DNA of 64,000 bases from Eledone cirrhosa (lineage: Eukaryota). The translations under genes were made by a program, and so were the position numbers. A model generated the notes under the pieces. The model did not search any database. It saw only the letters and a list, made by a program, of their open reading frames with translations, and was not told where the DNA came from. This document shows positions 24,881 to 37,973 of the stretch, in pieces. The first letter of the stretch is position 1, and each line of letters starts with the position of its first letter. The stretch covers positions 26,350,001-26,414,000 of the forward strand of contig OZ024751.1 of NCBI GenBank assembly GCA_964016885.1, written 5' to 3'.

Positions 24881-25516
24881 GGCACTACTATGGTATTAGC
24901 TGTCAGAAGTGAAAGTTTCGACAACCTTCTCAATCGTAAACATTGTTTATTTCCGTATTACCACGCGTTATTTTAATAAAGCATATCGATGTAAGTGGAG
25001 TTACTTAAATGAAAATATAGGTGGCTCTTAAAAGGGCCAAATTAGAAAACAAATTTAAGTTAATTAGAAAACAAGTCATGGTTATCAAATAAATTGGATT
25101 TAATCATTTATATTTTCAGTCATGGTTATAAATTTCATGTATAGAGTTGGTGAAAAAAATTTGATAACCATATATTTGTTTTCTAATTTGGCCCTTTTAA
25201 GGGCCACCTATATTTTCATTTAAGTTAACTCCACTGTTGGTGAAAATGACTTGTTTTCTACATTGATAACCATGACTATGAAAATATAAATGATTAAATC
25301 CAATTTATTTGATAACCATGACTTGTTTTCTAATTAACTTAAATTTGTTTTCTAATTTGGCCCTTTTAAGGGCCACCTATATTTTCATTTAAGTAACTCC
25401 ACTTACATCGATATGCTTTATTAAAATAACGCGTGGTAATACGGAAATAAACAATGTTTACGATTGAGAAGGTTGACGAAACTTTCACTTCTGACAGCTA
25501 ATAGCATGGTAGTGCC
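24881..25516. mobile_element. Long-TIR MITE, probably Merlin superfamily
   Basis: Near-perfect inverted arms of about 250 bp, GGCACTAC...GTAGTGCC; 8-bp TSD CATAACTG (24873-24880, 25517-25524); internal sub-repeats. Confidence 0.85.
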
Positions 25517-26351
25517 CATAACTGCTTCAAAGTCGCACATTTCTTGCTTGATAATAGATAATTGGTTTGGTGTTCCATTTTATCGATCCCTAGAACAATA
25601 AAAGACAAAGTAAAACCCTTGGGGAATTTGAAATCAGGACATAAAGAGATGAACGGCACACGCGAATGATTTTATTAACCAGTCAATTACCACTACTATC
25701 ACCATCCATGTGTAATGGATAATTTATAATGAAGATACATATATAAATGAGATAATTATATATGTATTTATGTAGCTAAACTGTATGTGTACCCTCCACA
25801 ATATTGAAATGATATGGGTGAGTAAGGGCTGATGTATCACCGGTAACGGAAAAGGAACGAAACGAGACAAGTCAGCTGCAGACAAGCGAGATATATATAT
25901 ATATATTTATATGTCATATATTCATATAAAAATAAAGCGAAAGAAAGATATATATTCATGGCACACCTAGTAAAGAAAAAAGACAATATTTCTACCTTGT
26001 TTCCTTTTCTTTATTATTTCTTTGTCTAGGTGTGAACGGAAAGAAGCCAGTACGGTAATACGAACCAGTTTCCCCGGTTAAACAAACGTCCGGCCAGATA
26101 TATTGTTATTGAAAATCTCTCATATTTATAACTTTTTGTCAAGGATTTACGATTAAAAATATTCTTAAGGTTTCTTTTTTATTTATTTGTTTGTTTTTCG
26201 TATTATCATTTATTTCCTTGCTAGTCGTTTTATCTTTATGAAAGTTATTGAGGGATTAAGTTACACGTTTATAACTAACATTTACATTCATTCATAATCC
26301 TCCAAATCAACAATACGTCCATCACGAGGAGGAGTAGTAGTAGTAGTGGTG

Positions 26352-26395
<44 letters not shown>

Positions 26396-26763
26396 GGTGG
26401 TGGTGGTAGTAGTGGTGGTGGTGGTGGTGGTAAACTCGTATCATCAATAATCATTTTTTTATCAAGTATAGATAAAAATATTTTCTATAACCTGTAATAT
26501 ATATCGTAACTGACCCCTCACTTCCTGTCCCTAGCCCCACGCTATATATATATATAGTTAACAGCCAGTCAGACAGTAACAGGGGATAAACCAACTTCTC
26601 TTTTAGCAGCTAGAACCACCAAACTACCATGGAAGAGAGAGAGAGAGAGCGCAAGAGATAAACGAAAATGTGAATTTTTAAATATATGTAAACTATGTTT
26701 TCTAATATCCTCTTCTAATTAATATACACCTTAATTTTATTAGATACTTTTTAACATATTTCC

Positions 26764-26811
26764 TGTAGCATGAAGTAGCCGAAATACTTATCGGCTGAAA
26801 CCGGTACTATA
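26764..26811 (+). ncRNA. Hammerhead-like motif with a variant or degenerate 5' core
   Basis: TGTAG-catgaagt-AGCCGA(loop)TCGGCT-GAAACCGGTA-CTATA. Stems I and II and palindromic stem III ACCGGT are present, but the core is CATGAAGT rather than CTGANGA. Confidence 0.4.
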
Positions 26812-27425
26812 AATTAATTTTTTTTAAATATATTTTTCTGTGAAATTTCCATGAGAAATTCCTATTAGCATTTTCTACTTTTTTTCCTATTTTCTTAATA
26901 TATATATCAACCCCATAACCATATATATTCTGAAACTACATTGCCCAGGCTACTTGGATAAGTATATTTCATTTTAATCAAAGGGTTCTCCGGAGGCACG
27001 AACCCCCGCTGGAAATGTTTTCCCTTTGATTTATATGAAATTTAAACCATAGGTAAATGACAAGATACGCAAGACATTTTCCACAACGATAAGACAAATT
27101 GTCATTCAAGTACTGGTATCGAAGTGATTACCCCCCCCCCCCCCCTCTTTAGAATTGCTGGCCTTGTGCCTACATTAATCACCTGGCCTTATACTTAAAT
27201 TCAAAACCATTGTCATTATTTAATCATTTTGTAAACTAATTAATTTATAATTTAAATTGTCTTTGTGAGTGTGTGTATGTGTGTGTGTGTTTGTATGTGT
27301 GTGTTGCCTATTATACATTCAACAAATGCTAAGAGAACTCTATATTCACACACAAAAAAACAAACTATTATAGTTCTTTATAATGGAATAACACATTCAA
27401 GGGAGCCGGACGGCTGACAATGAAA

Positions 27426-27860
27426 GTTCTATAATTGTTGGCAGTTCAACTTACTGAGGTGTCAGGTGATACTCGTGAGGATGCTTGGCTATTTCAGCAT
27501 CTTAGTCTCGCTATCACTAATGGTAGTTTTATTTACATATAAACAATTTATATAATAAATATGATTTACAAAAGAAACAAATCAACAGGAATTAATCAGA
27601 GAAAAATATAAGAAAATAAAAGCGAGAGTAAATATAGTGATTTGCATAAAAGATATTGATGCCAAATCACTATCGGAATTACCATGGGTGATAGCGAGGC
27701 TAAGACACTGGAATAGCCAAGCACCTCACGATCATCACCTGATACTTCAGTAAAACCAAAAACCAGATGATAGCGGGACTAAGGCACTGAAATAGCCAAG
27801 CACTGTCACGTTCATCACCTGGTACTTCTGTAAGACAAACTGCAAACAATGACAAGAACC
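27426..27860. repeat. Diverged inverted-repeat element with a duplicated right arm
   Basis: 27426-27518 is the reverse complement of 27688-27753 and 27769-27860; another fragment at about 22160-22215. Confidence 0.6.
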
Positions 27861-27957
27861 TCGTTACCATCAACTCAGATTCTCTGGTTTTATTTATTTA
27901 TTTGTACTATTTATGTTTTTCTTCCGGAAAAAATCATAAACGTTATATAAATCTATG

Positions 27958-28142
27958 CGGTGGATTAGCAGTATTGGTAGAGGGTCGGATGCCATGCTTT
28001 GACGCATAGAGTTACGGCCCTTTCCATTCTGAGTTCAAATCCCGCCGAGGTTAACTTTGCCTTTCATCCTTACGGGGTCGATAAAATAAAGTACCAGTAA
28101 TGCACTGGGTAATTGTTGGCCTTGTGCCAAACGTAGAAACAG
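27958..28142 (+). mobile_element. tRNA-derived SINE with Nin-like core; copies at 55586-55772, 47007-47177 (plus), 62222-62404, 8273-8460, 3873-4054, 3660-3851, 360-553 (minus) plus fragments
   Basis: A-box-like head, B-box GAGTTCAAATCC, core GCCTTTCATCCTTACGGGGTCGATAAAATAAAGTACCAG, tail GGCCTTGTGCCAAAAGTAGAAAC. Confidence 0.85.
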
Positions 28143-28391
28143 TTATATAAATCTAATATATTAATATAGCTGGTTATTTTCTCTTAACTTTCCCGCGAAG
28201 CTATCACGAACATTTCCGAGTGACGAGAATGGCGAGCATTAACGGAAACAGAGAAAGAAAAAAAAAAAAAAGAATTATTTGTTTAACAATAGTTTTGTGT
28301 TAAATATGTTGATATATTTACAAAATTTACGAAAAAAATAGTTTTATATAGATAAATAAAAACAAATAATTTATATTTAAGCATATTTCCC

Positions 28392-29254
28392 ATGATGCTG
28401 TTGGTCACTGCTCAAAACAAACCAACAGTAGCAATGGACCCAAACCGTTCTAATGTGTGTAAGTCTTTGATAACAGATTTAGCTATGGGGAGTAGCATGG
28501 AAGAAGAAAGGGAAGAGAAAAGTGATCCGGTGACTGGAGTAGAAAAGAGGGTTGCCAATATTCACAACATACACGACATTACCAAAGAATTAACTTCCGA
28601 TAGACCTGGAGATAGCGGCGAGATTCGAACGTCGGTCACCTCTACTGGAGACAAAATACATGTAACCACAACTACCACAACTACCACAATTACCACCGCT
28701 ACTACCGTTAACACCACCCCTACCACCACTACAACAACTACAACTACTACTACCAACAAAGACCACAATAACACTACCAGTGACAATAACAACAGTAACA
28801 ACGCTCCATTTAGTCCCAATAATGACGATATTCTACCCCACAAACCACCAGGTTTCCTTCCAACAACGCCCTTCCCTTCCGACTTTACAAATGACCCGAT
28901 ACTGCCCACTGTACTAGGAAGTTCGGATGTGATTTTGCCACAGACATCAGCTTCTTCTACTTCGTCTAAAGACAATGATAATAAGGACAGCAGCAACAAC
29001 ACTCATGATGATTCCGAGAAGACTACGGACAGCAATGCCCCGGGGAATAATTCTTCTAGTCAATCTGGAAGTAGTTCTGATGCCAACTGTGCTGCTTCAA
29101 CGTCCAAGACTGGTGCCACATCGAGTAACGATAACAAAACCGATGAGAAATCGGATCCGTCTGATGAGAAACACAAACTGGAGAATGGCGACGATGCAGA
29201 TAGTAGTCTGGCGAAACAGAAGAAAGAGAAACACGAAGAACGGTTAAAAATGCA
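28392..29254 (+). CDS. TAF11: TAF11 exon 1 (Thr/Ser/Asn/Asp-rich N-terminus ending EERLKMQ)
   Basis: ORF 28392..29258; donor CA|gtgagt, phase 2. Confidence 0.85.
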
Positions 29255-32200
29255 GTGAGTATAATGATTTCTTTAGAATGAATTCTTTTAGACTTAACTT
29301 TGGTTGGTAGATGTAACCCATTGTCCAGTCTAACACCAATACCTGGCCAGTGGGTGCCTTTAATAGTGTCCACTCTGTTGCAAGTATTTGAACCAGGTTT
29401 TTAGTTTAAGGATATCTTCCCCTCCCCTTCCACATTTCTCAGTGACCCTAATAAGTATCATTGGAGATTGTCGTTTCCTCCCTGGCTAAACTAGAAAAAT
29501 GAAAGAAAAAAATATAGGAGCCCTTATCTCACGTTTAACATAAGCTGTAATTTGGCAGCTCAATTCGTAGGGTAGCAATTATTTCTGCCGAAAGAATACG
29601 ATCACAAATACAAACGGCCAAAATGGGGTTCTTTTGGAATTAAGTTACCCAGTAGAGTGTGTCTCTTGGAGATCGGTGGGTCGTTCCAAATAGAGTTGCT
29701 ACTTCTTCAGATTGATAGATCACAACTTCAATAGGTACTATGGACGTGTGGTTAGAATGTCTCAGGAAAGAATCCCTGGACAGATTTTAAGGGCAAAGCC
29801 AGCCAACAGGACACAAAACAGTAGACCATGTACAAAACGGTTGGGCAAAGAAGAAGAGAAGAGAAATGCATCGTACATGAGTGACATGTAGTTGTTAAAG
29901 GTGTGAATGGGGTTGGAACATTAGCTATGACAGAAAGGGAGGGCAGCACACTTGGCCCTTTTCAGGACTTTCCAAGATTGTTAAGAGGAAGAGATGAAGT
30001 TATCCTCAGATGGTTGGGTCATGTGTTGAAGAAGGATGAAAGAGACTAGGTGTTAGGAGTGATGGAAACTAATGTGAAAGGAAGTAGAGGAGGGGGGAGA
30101 CCAAGGAGGAGATGGTTAAAGATCATTGATGAGGAAATGAAAGTCAGGTGGTTGGTAAGTGTTGTGCAGATGACAGGAAAAACAATGAAGTTTATCTTAA
30201 TCCAGCATGGTTACTCTCTGCTTTAGCAGGGAAAATAGCCTTAAGATGTGTGTTGTTTGTTGTTTATCTTATCTTAAATATTTCTACATATTTCTTATTA
30301 TTTCCTTCTTCAGAGTTCTGGTGTCCAATTTCTCTGAGGAACAATTAAACCGTTATGAGATGTACAGGAGAGCAGCTTTCCCTAAAGCTGCTATCAAAAG
30401 AGTAAGTAAGATTAACCACTGGGCCAAATACCTTCCACTATATATATATCATAGGGGTTTACTGCCCTATAGTAAAAGCTCAACTGTAGGGCAGAAAACC
30501 CTTATAATATTTACACTCTACTTTTCGTAAGTATAAAGTACTAAGTCGAATAATAGTCTTACTGGTCTGAACTAGTAACACCTCACCTATATATATGACT
30601 GGTCTTAATTAGTAACATCTCACCTACATATATTGTCATCATGATCACTGTTGGTAGATCTAGAGAAAGCCTTTGACAGGGTCCCATGCTCTATAATCTG
30701 GTGATCACTAGGTATAGACAAATGGCTTGTGAGGGCTGTAAAAGCCATGTATAGAGGAGCAACCAGCAGAGTGAGAGTTGGAAATGAGTAGGGATGAATC
30801 TGAAGTGCAGGTGGGAATCCACCAGGGAACAGTTCTCCATTTTTATTTATCATTGTACTTCAGACCATCACTGAGGAGTTTAAAATTAACACTCCATGGT
30901 AGCTCCTATATGCTGAGAACCTAATCCTCATAGATGAATCCATAGGAGAGTTAGAAACAAAATTTCAAGCACAGAAGAAGAACCTAGAATTGAAAGGCCT
31001 AAAAGTAAATTTAGTGAAGATGGTCTTAATAAATAGTAAAGAAGACAGGAAAGTAGCCGTACTCAATATGTCAGAAAGGAGTGGGTAGAAATTCCATAAG
31101 GTGCACACAATGTAAAGTATGGATGCACAAAAGATGTGGGATTGCAGGTAGATTAATGGAAAAGATAGACTTTATATGCAGCAGATGCTCAGGGGAAATA
31201 AGCACAAAGAACACAGGTGAAATAGATTCCCTTAGCTGCCAGGGGAACTCTTTAGAAGTCATGGGCAGTTGTTGCTACCTAGGTGATCAAAATAGTAGTG
31301 GAGGAGAATGCACTGGAAGTGTGATAGCTTAGATAAGAACAGACTGGAAGAAGTTTAGAGATCTATTACTACTGCTAACAACAAAATGATTCTCTCAGAG
31401 TGAAAGGTAGACTGTGTGAGAACTGCAATGTTACATGGCAGTGAAACAGGGGCCTTGGCTACAGAAGACCTGTAGAGGTTAGAAAGAAACGAGTCAAGTA
31501 TACTCCAATGGATGTGTAATATTAGTATGCATGAGCGACATTGCTTAGGGAAAAACTTGGCATAAGATTAATTGTAGTGTACAAGCGAGAAGACTGTTGG
31601 TATGGCCATGTGATGTGGAAGATGACATCTGTATAAAGAAATACAGTCTTGCTCAAACGGAATGCTTCTGGCTTGGTTTCTATGGCTGGATGCCCTTCCT
31701 AACACTAACCATATTTACAGCTTTTTATCATGGCACCAAAACAACCAACTGATAGGTTGGGCTGGGTACTTCTTTCATCATGTCATCAGCATGACCACCT
31801 TATAGTGCTGTTGCCATGGTAAAATGGACCCAGTCCACTCTGTAAAGTGGTATTGCTGGTATGACAGCACAGCCAGTTCATGCTGTTAGGCGGTTGGTGT
31901 TAGGAAGTGTATCAAACTTTAAAACCTTGCCAGTTATGAGCAACATGGGGTTATCTGACTGGTCATGCTTTAGATAACCCATCCAACAATTTATCCTCCA
32001 GGAACTCAACAAAAATTATTAAAAAAATAATATATCTACACTTAATGATATAAACAATAAAGGTAAAACCATCGTTAATGAATTAGGAATAGATAAATAA
32101 ACCCCTATAAACCCATGACCCCAAAATTCTCTCTGAAAGATCATCATCATCATCATCGTTTAACATCCATCTTCCACACTAGCATGGGTTTAGATGGGAA

Positions 32201-33764
32201 TTGTCCCACTTGAGGCAAGATTGGTCGGAAGACCATGTCTCGCTCGTATAGGACTGTCTGGCAAGTTTTCTACAGCTGGATGCCCTTCCTAACACCAACC
32301 ACGTTTACAGTGTAGACCACGTTTATTAGACTTATAAGCCCTTCCACTTCTGACATAGGAGGTATTAGCAAATATGACTGTGTAATACCTATCTTAAAAA
32401 ACAAGTTGAGCTTTAGCCTCTGGCTCAATGCTGTTCAGGTTATTGACTGGTTCACTAGTATTAATAATAAGAATGGCTTTAATTTTATATAGTTCAACAG
32501 GTTTTACCTAGTCTTTCCTAGTACCCTATTCACTTTATAATTTTTATGATTTCACATGATCTTATGATCTTTATAAATATCATGAATGTTTCTTAAAGAT
32601 TTTTGTCTTTTTGCCCCTCTACAGTTGATGCAGTCCATTACAGGATCTTCCATATCACAGAATGTTGTTATAGCAATGTCTGGTATAGCTAAAGTATTTG
32701 TTGGAGAAGTTGTTGAAGAAGGTTAGTTAAATGCTATCATTTCTTTCTTCTTTTCTTTCATCTACTCTGCCTTGTCTTTTACATTGTAATCTCATGATAA
32801 ATTGCACCCTGTACACTGGCTAGCAGTGAAATAGAAGCAACATAGGGTTGAGAGGATATAGCAATCTCTGTAATGATGGGGGCCCTTGTGAAGAGGACAG
32901 TGATTGAAGTGGGAGTGCATAGGGTTAAATGGACTCTTTAAACACTTTAAGAGAAACAACAACCTCCCTAGTGTTGGGGCAACAATAAAATGTGCCCAGT
33001 ACACTCTGTAAAGTAACTAGCAATGAAACAGAGGCAATGTAGGGTTAACCCTTTAGTATTTACATTACTCTACATTTATTATTATATTTTCACGGTAAAG
33101 GCTTTACCTCACATAATATTGAATCTATGAGATTTTGATGTTATTTATTTTGAGAATGAGAACAATACCTTAACGTCAGTATGAGTGGGCAGTTATGGTC
33201 GGTTTGAACAGAAAGAGGTGAGAGAATTCAGGCCGGATATAGGTGGTTTAAGGGATTCTTTAATTCTGCTGGGGTCATGACAATCTTCCTAGTATTGGAG
33301 CCACAATAAAATGTGCCCACTATATGGTATAAAGTAGACAGTGATGAAACTGAGAGGGCATAGGGTCAAGAGAAAACTTTAATCCTGAAAAGGACATGAC
33401 AAAGCTCACTGTCAGTATCACAATACACCCAGTATAATCTGTAAAGTGGTTAGTGTTATGAAGAGGACTGGGCTATAGAAACCATGTTAATAACAGAACA
33501 TATGATTGTCCAACTCATGCTAACATAGAAACCAGATGTAAAATGATGATGTAGTCTTTGTAAACAAGGTGAGAAATATATGTTTCTTTGTTATTTTAAA
33601 AATATTTTCTTTATTTGTTGTATTCTTCAGCTCTTGATGTGCTTGAGCAGTGGAGCGACACCGGGCCTCTCCAGCCTAAACATCTACGTGAGGCAGTACG
33701 TAGATTAAAACATCAAGGCATTGTACCAACAACAAAATATAAAAAAAGTGCTTTCTTTAAATAA
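28392..33764 (+). CDS. TAF11: TFIID subunit 11, 4 exons, 393 aa from the first ATG
   Basis: Exons 28392-29254, 30314-30401, 32625-32721, 33631-33764 join in frame (1182 nt). Histone-fold text: [68 protein letters not shown]...[14 protein letters not shown]. The true start Met is uncertain. Confidence 0.95.
30314..30401 (+). CDS. TAF11: TAF11 exon 2
   Basis: cttcag|A GTT CTG ... AGA|gtaagt. Confidence 0.95.
30650..31650 (+). mobile_element. RTE-like LINE reverse-transcriptase relic in TAF11 intron 2
   Basis: [15 protein letters not shown](E)NL (YADD-like), [17 protein letters not shown]; many stops. Confidence 0.8.
32625..32721 (+). CDS. TAF11: TAF11 exon 3
   Basis: ctacag|TTG ATG CAG ... 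GAA G|gttagt. Confidence 0.95.
33631..33764 (+). CDS. TAF11: TAF11 exon 4 to stop
   Basis: ttcag|CT CTT GAT ... AAA TAA; AATAAA overlaps the stop. Confidence 0.95.
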
Positions 33765-35611
33765 ATAAATGTATTATAAACCTGTAATGTGTAGAAAGTG
33801 TGATCTTGTATGGTAGTGAAATATGGATTTTGAATGTGGAGGATGTGTGAATGGTGGAATGAAATGAGGGTAATATGTGCCATTGATGTGGGTGTAGTGT
33901 TAGGCTGAATGAAAGATGTAACATATGAGGGGAAAAAATCTTGATATTAGAAGAATGAGCTGTAGCTTGCAAGAGAGGAGAATGAGTTGGTATGGACATC
34001 TGTCATGAGTTCAATGTGGAACACTGAGGGATAATCTCTGGAGGCTGGACCTCATGAAGAAGATGACAAATGACAGCAACAAGTGGTGAGACACTGTACT
34101 GTAGAAGAGACATTAAACCTATGTAAATATTCTCAATGATTGACGTTTCAGAATATTAAGCTTGGAAGAACATAAAAGATATAATCGAGATAGTAAATTT
34201 TGATGAGTTCCTGTTGTGTTAATTATTTGGTTGAAGTTCTGGTGATGCATTTAATAACATTTTAACTCATATTTCCCAAGAGTACATAACTCCTGATTCT
34301 CAGGTTTTCGATACCAAACCACCTGAAACTGCCTCTAGTTCTACAATATAAAACTGTGTTTTAAAATGCACTTTAAGGCAGTGCTCCAGTAAGGCCACAG
34401 TCCAAGTAAAACAGTAATAGAATAGTAGTATTCATCATCATCATACTTCTGCCTTTCCATGCTTGGAAGGGCATCCAGCTGTAGAAACCAAGCCAGAACT
34501 GGTTCTGTATGAGCAAAGCATGGTCACCTGACCTACCATTGCCCACAACAGGACAACTGGTCTAACCCATGCTAGCATGGAACAATGGATGTAAAGGGGT
34601 GATGATATTGGCTGCCTGTTTCTTTAAACTTTCTAACCTCTGAAAAAGCCAGTTGGGGTCCTCCTGAATGAGGTACATTAAAACAACTGCTATATTTCAA
34701 TATGACCATCTATCACGTCCACAAACTCATATTTAATCTGTCGGGTAAATAAATTCTAGTTAGTTTTAGCGATATTTTCTGTGTCCAGATTTTAGGGACA
34801 CCCTATATATACACACATACAGTTAGTTACAAATAGGGATATTTTTTGTGTCCAGATTTTAGGGATACCCTATGTATGTATATATATATATGTACACAGT
34901 TACAAATAGTGATAATTCATGTGTCCAGACTTTAAGGACACCCTACACATCTTATTCACAATTTCCTTATATTCATAGTCTTCGTGTGTTCTGTTATGAA
35001 GAATTAAAGAAAAGAAAGAGTGCACATGATAGGAATGTCTCCTTAAATGTTCTCACTGCTGGGGTTGATAAATAAAGTACCAAGCCAGTTGACAAAATGT
35101 GTCCAACTCCTAGCTGGTCAGTAGTTTAACAGCTCTCTATAGCTATCTACCTATTTGTCTATCTTTGGACAATAAAACAACAATCTATCTATCCAGCTTC
35201 CTGTACATATACTTAGTTGTTTCTGTCTTTTTTTAATAACCTATCTATCGATCTTTGGTTTATTTACAAGTAAACAGCCTCATAAAACACCACGTGGTAA
35301 ATGAACAACATCACCCCTTTATTCCAGCGGTAGCTGAGTGAAAACAATTGACAATTGTTTCGGAGTGTCTTGCTCCTTGTCAAGATTGTGTATTCTCCTC
35401 ATTAGTTACCGTCTGTAACTGCTGAGACTACATAGAATTTTCAAATGTATACATCGGTTGATTAACGCCATTTGCATACCAAGCGATTTTACGACCAGCT
35501 TTGCTAGAAATTAAAAAACAAAATTTGTTTTCACTCTTAACGTTGATATCTAAATGTATTTGTGACTAAATATTAACAATGTTATGATATTATTATAATA
35601 TATATATATAT

Positions 35612-35806
35612 CAGACCTGGCAACCTTTAAAAACCCAAACAGCGAGTACCATGGAAAAAAGGGCCCCAAAACTGGGAGAAATGAGGCAAATTGGGAAGAA
35701 TTTACATAATGAAAGCTATACCTATTTTCACAAGAGATGACATCTCTCACCCACCCCAAAGTGGGTGAGAGATCTCCCCGTCAGACGAGGAGAGTCAACA
35801 GGTCTG
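35612..35806. mobile_element. Short MITE in a (TA)n tract
   Basis: Terminal CAGACCTG...CAGGTCTG flanked by (TA)n; internal hairpin TCTCTCACCCAC/GTGGGTGAGAGA. Confidence 0.55.
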
Positions 35807-35819
35807 ATATATATATAGA

Positions 35820-36530
35820 TATCTTCTTTTCTTTGTCCACTTATTCCTGAGATGGTCATGGGGGCAGAGTCCTCAAACGTTCCAGCAGATCCTGCCAGAA
35901 ACGACCATCGCCAACTGGATCCCTAAGTGAGATCAGCCAAGCCCATGGACGTTATCCAACCATCTTGCTCTGGGTCTCCTACCAGTTGGTTTTACCCATA
36001 AAATCTATCCAGTGATTCTTTCCTGAGATATTCTAACCACAGATCCATAGTATCAGAGCTGTGATCTCTCAATTTGGAGAAGTAGCAGCTCTACCTGGAG
36101 TGACTCTCTGATCTTCAAGTTACGCACTTTATCGACTAATGTTACTCCAAAGACCCTTCAGAGGAACCCCATTTCAGCCGCTTGTATTTGTGAATGTATT
36201 CTTTTGGTCATGACTATAGGTAAGGGTTGGCATGAATACCAAATTGAAGACAGCAAGTTTGGCTTTTACACCTACCTCCCTTCTTCTGATTACAGAATGA
36301 TGAAGCTGGCGCATTACTGCACCAGCTTTTGCAATTCTTGCACTTAATTTAGCCTCCTGCCTTCCATCTCTCATGAACACGGCTCCGAGATACTTTAACT
36401 TCTCCACCTGTTTCAGTGGAACGCCATTCACATGTTGAGTGCACTGCACAGGCTTCCTAGAAAGGACGAGTATCTCAGTTATCGCAGCACTGATTTTCAT
36501 TCCAGCCATGCAGCACTCGGCATCAAACCT
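35820..36530 (-). mobile_element. RTE-clade LINE 3' fragment; same family at 5545-5893, 7606-7838, 44783-45376 (minus) and 60003-60238 (plus)
   Basis: ORF 36174..36509 QVEKLKYLGAVF...RIAKA...PTLTY; shared 3' tail across copies. Confidence 0.8.
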
Positions 36531-37088
36531 ATCAAGTGCAAATTGGAGATCATTTCATCCTTACGGGGTCAATCAAATAAAGTACCAGTAATGTACTGGG
36601 TAATTGCTGGCCTTGTGCCAAAAGTAGAAACAATTATACATATAAACACACACGATCAACGAAGTAACCTAACAGGCACGTAAACTTAATTTTAACCCTA
36701 AACCTAACTTAAACGTACATACGTAATGAATCTTACGAAATATTTTCAATGATTTGTTTCCATATCTATTGTGAAAAATTATCTGTTCCAGTCATGGCCA
36801 TCCCAATAATTCCTTTGTTTCTATGACTATATTGTCTAATATACCATTTCTATTAAAAACAAATTAAGGTGTAATTTAATTACTATTTCTGGCAGGTTTG
36901 TGATATTCAGTTACCTCCCTTTACGTTCTTGGTTCGAAATATTTAACAATCAAGAACTAGGATCACTTTAACATTCGCGGACGTGAATAGAAATTAAAAT
37001 AGACAGCATAAAAGACTATGAAATGAACAACAAAATAATAATTTTAACAACGAAATGGAATACGAAACTAAGACTAACGAGGTTACTA

Positions 37089-37150
37089 GCTTCCGGTTAA
37101 TTCAAATTTTTTTACCTTTTTCATTCACATCTCTTTTACTTCCGGAAGTA
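37089..37150 (+). promoter_or_regulatory. SAP30BP proximal promoter with ETS-type sites
   Basis: GCTTCCGGT at 37089 and perfect palindrome TACTTCCGGAAGTA at 37137-37150, in a locally CpG-rich patch just before donor GTAAGT 37163. Confidence 0.55.
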
Positions 37151-37425
37151 GGCCGAAAAGTTGTAAGTTGTGTTACGTCCTAATTACAGCGTGTGGCTGC
37201 TTCACTAATAACTTGATTATCTATCTACACATACATATATATATATATTTAGACTAAATCAGAGGGAGAGAAAGTGGTATATATTTATATATACATCCCA
37301 ATACACACACATATATATATATATATATATACTACTACCTAACTCGTCCCATGGACTGAGTGCCCTACCACTACGGATATTACCTTCCAGTGTTCTACCA
37401 CTATATATATAGTTGACTTAGAGTG

Positions 37426-37738
37426 ATGGCAGGAACAGCTGGTATGCTTTCTATTGGAATGTACGGAGAATATTCGGATGATGAGAACGAAGCCGTCAGT
37501 GACGATGCTGAATCTATCAACACGAACAACAACACCAACAATAACTCACCAGCTAGTAAAGAGACAACAGAAGTGGTTGCTGTTGATAATATTTCAGATG
37601 ACGAAGTGAGAGCTGACAGTGAAGAAAGTAACAATATTTTGAGTTCCATCAAAGTCCAGGCCGCTCCTCCGCTCGATCCCAAAGACTCCTCCAAGTCCGA
37701 TGATAGTGGAAAAGATTATAAAATCAAGAAGAATAAAA
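37426..37738 (+). CDS. SAP30BP: SAP30BP coding exon 1 (acidic N-terminus)
   Basis: ATG 37426; A|gtaaga donor, phase 1; acceptor ttccag ending at 37390 suggests a 5'UTR intron (donor gtaagt 37163). Confidence 0.85.
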
Positions 37739-37942
37739 GTAAGATCTTTCTAAATATATGTTATATTATATGTTTACTGGTTATATTATATGTTTACTGG
37801 TTATATTATATGTTTACTGGTTTAGTTCGGTTGACATAACTTTTAAAGTTTCTGTATAATTGAAGAAAATGAAAACATGTAGTTTGATTAACTGGACTCT
37901 CTCTCTCTCTATCTATCTATCTCTATCTCTGGCCCTCCCCTC

Positions 37943-37973
<31 letters not shown>

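Noticed and set aside
27958-28050. tRNA gene
   Set aside because: A/B boxes belong to a multi-copy SINE head; no complete cloverleaf.
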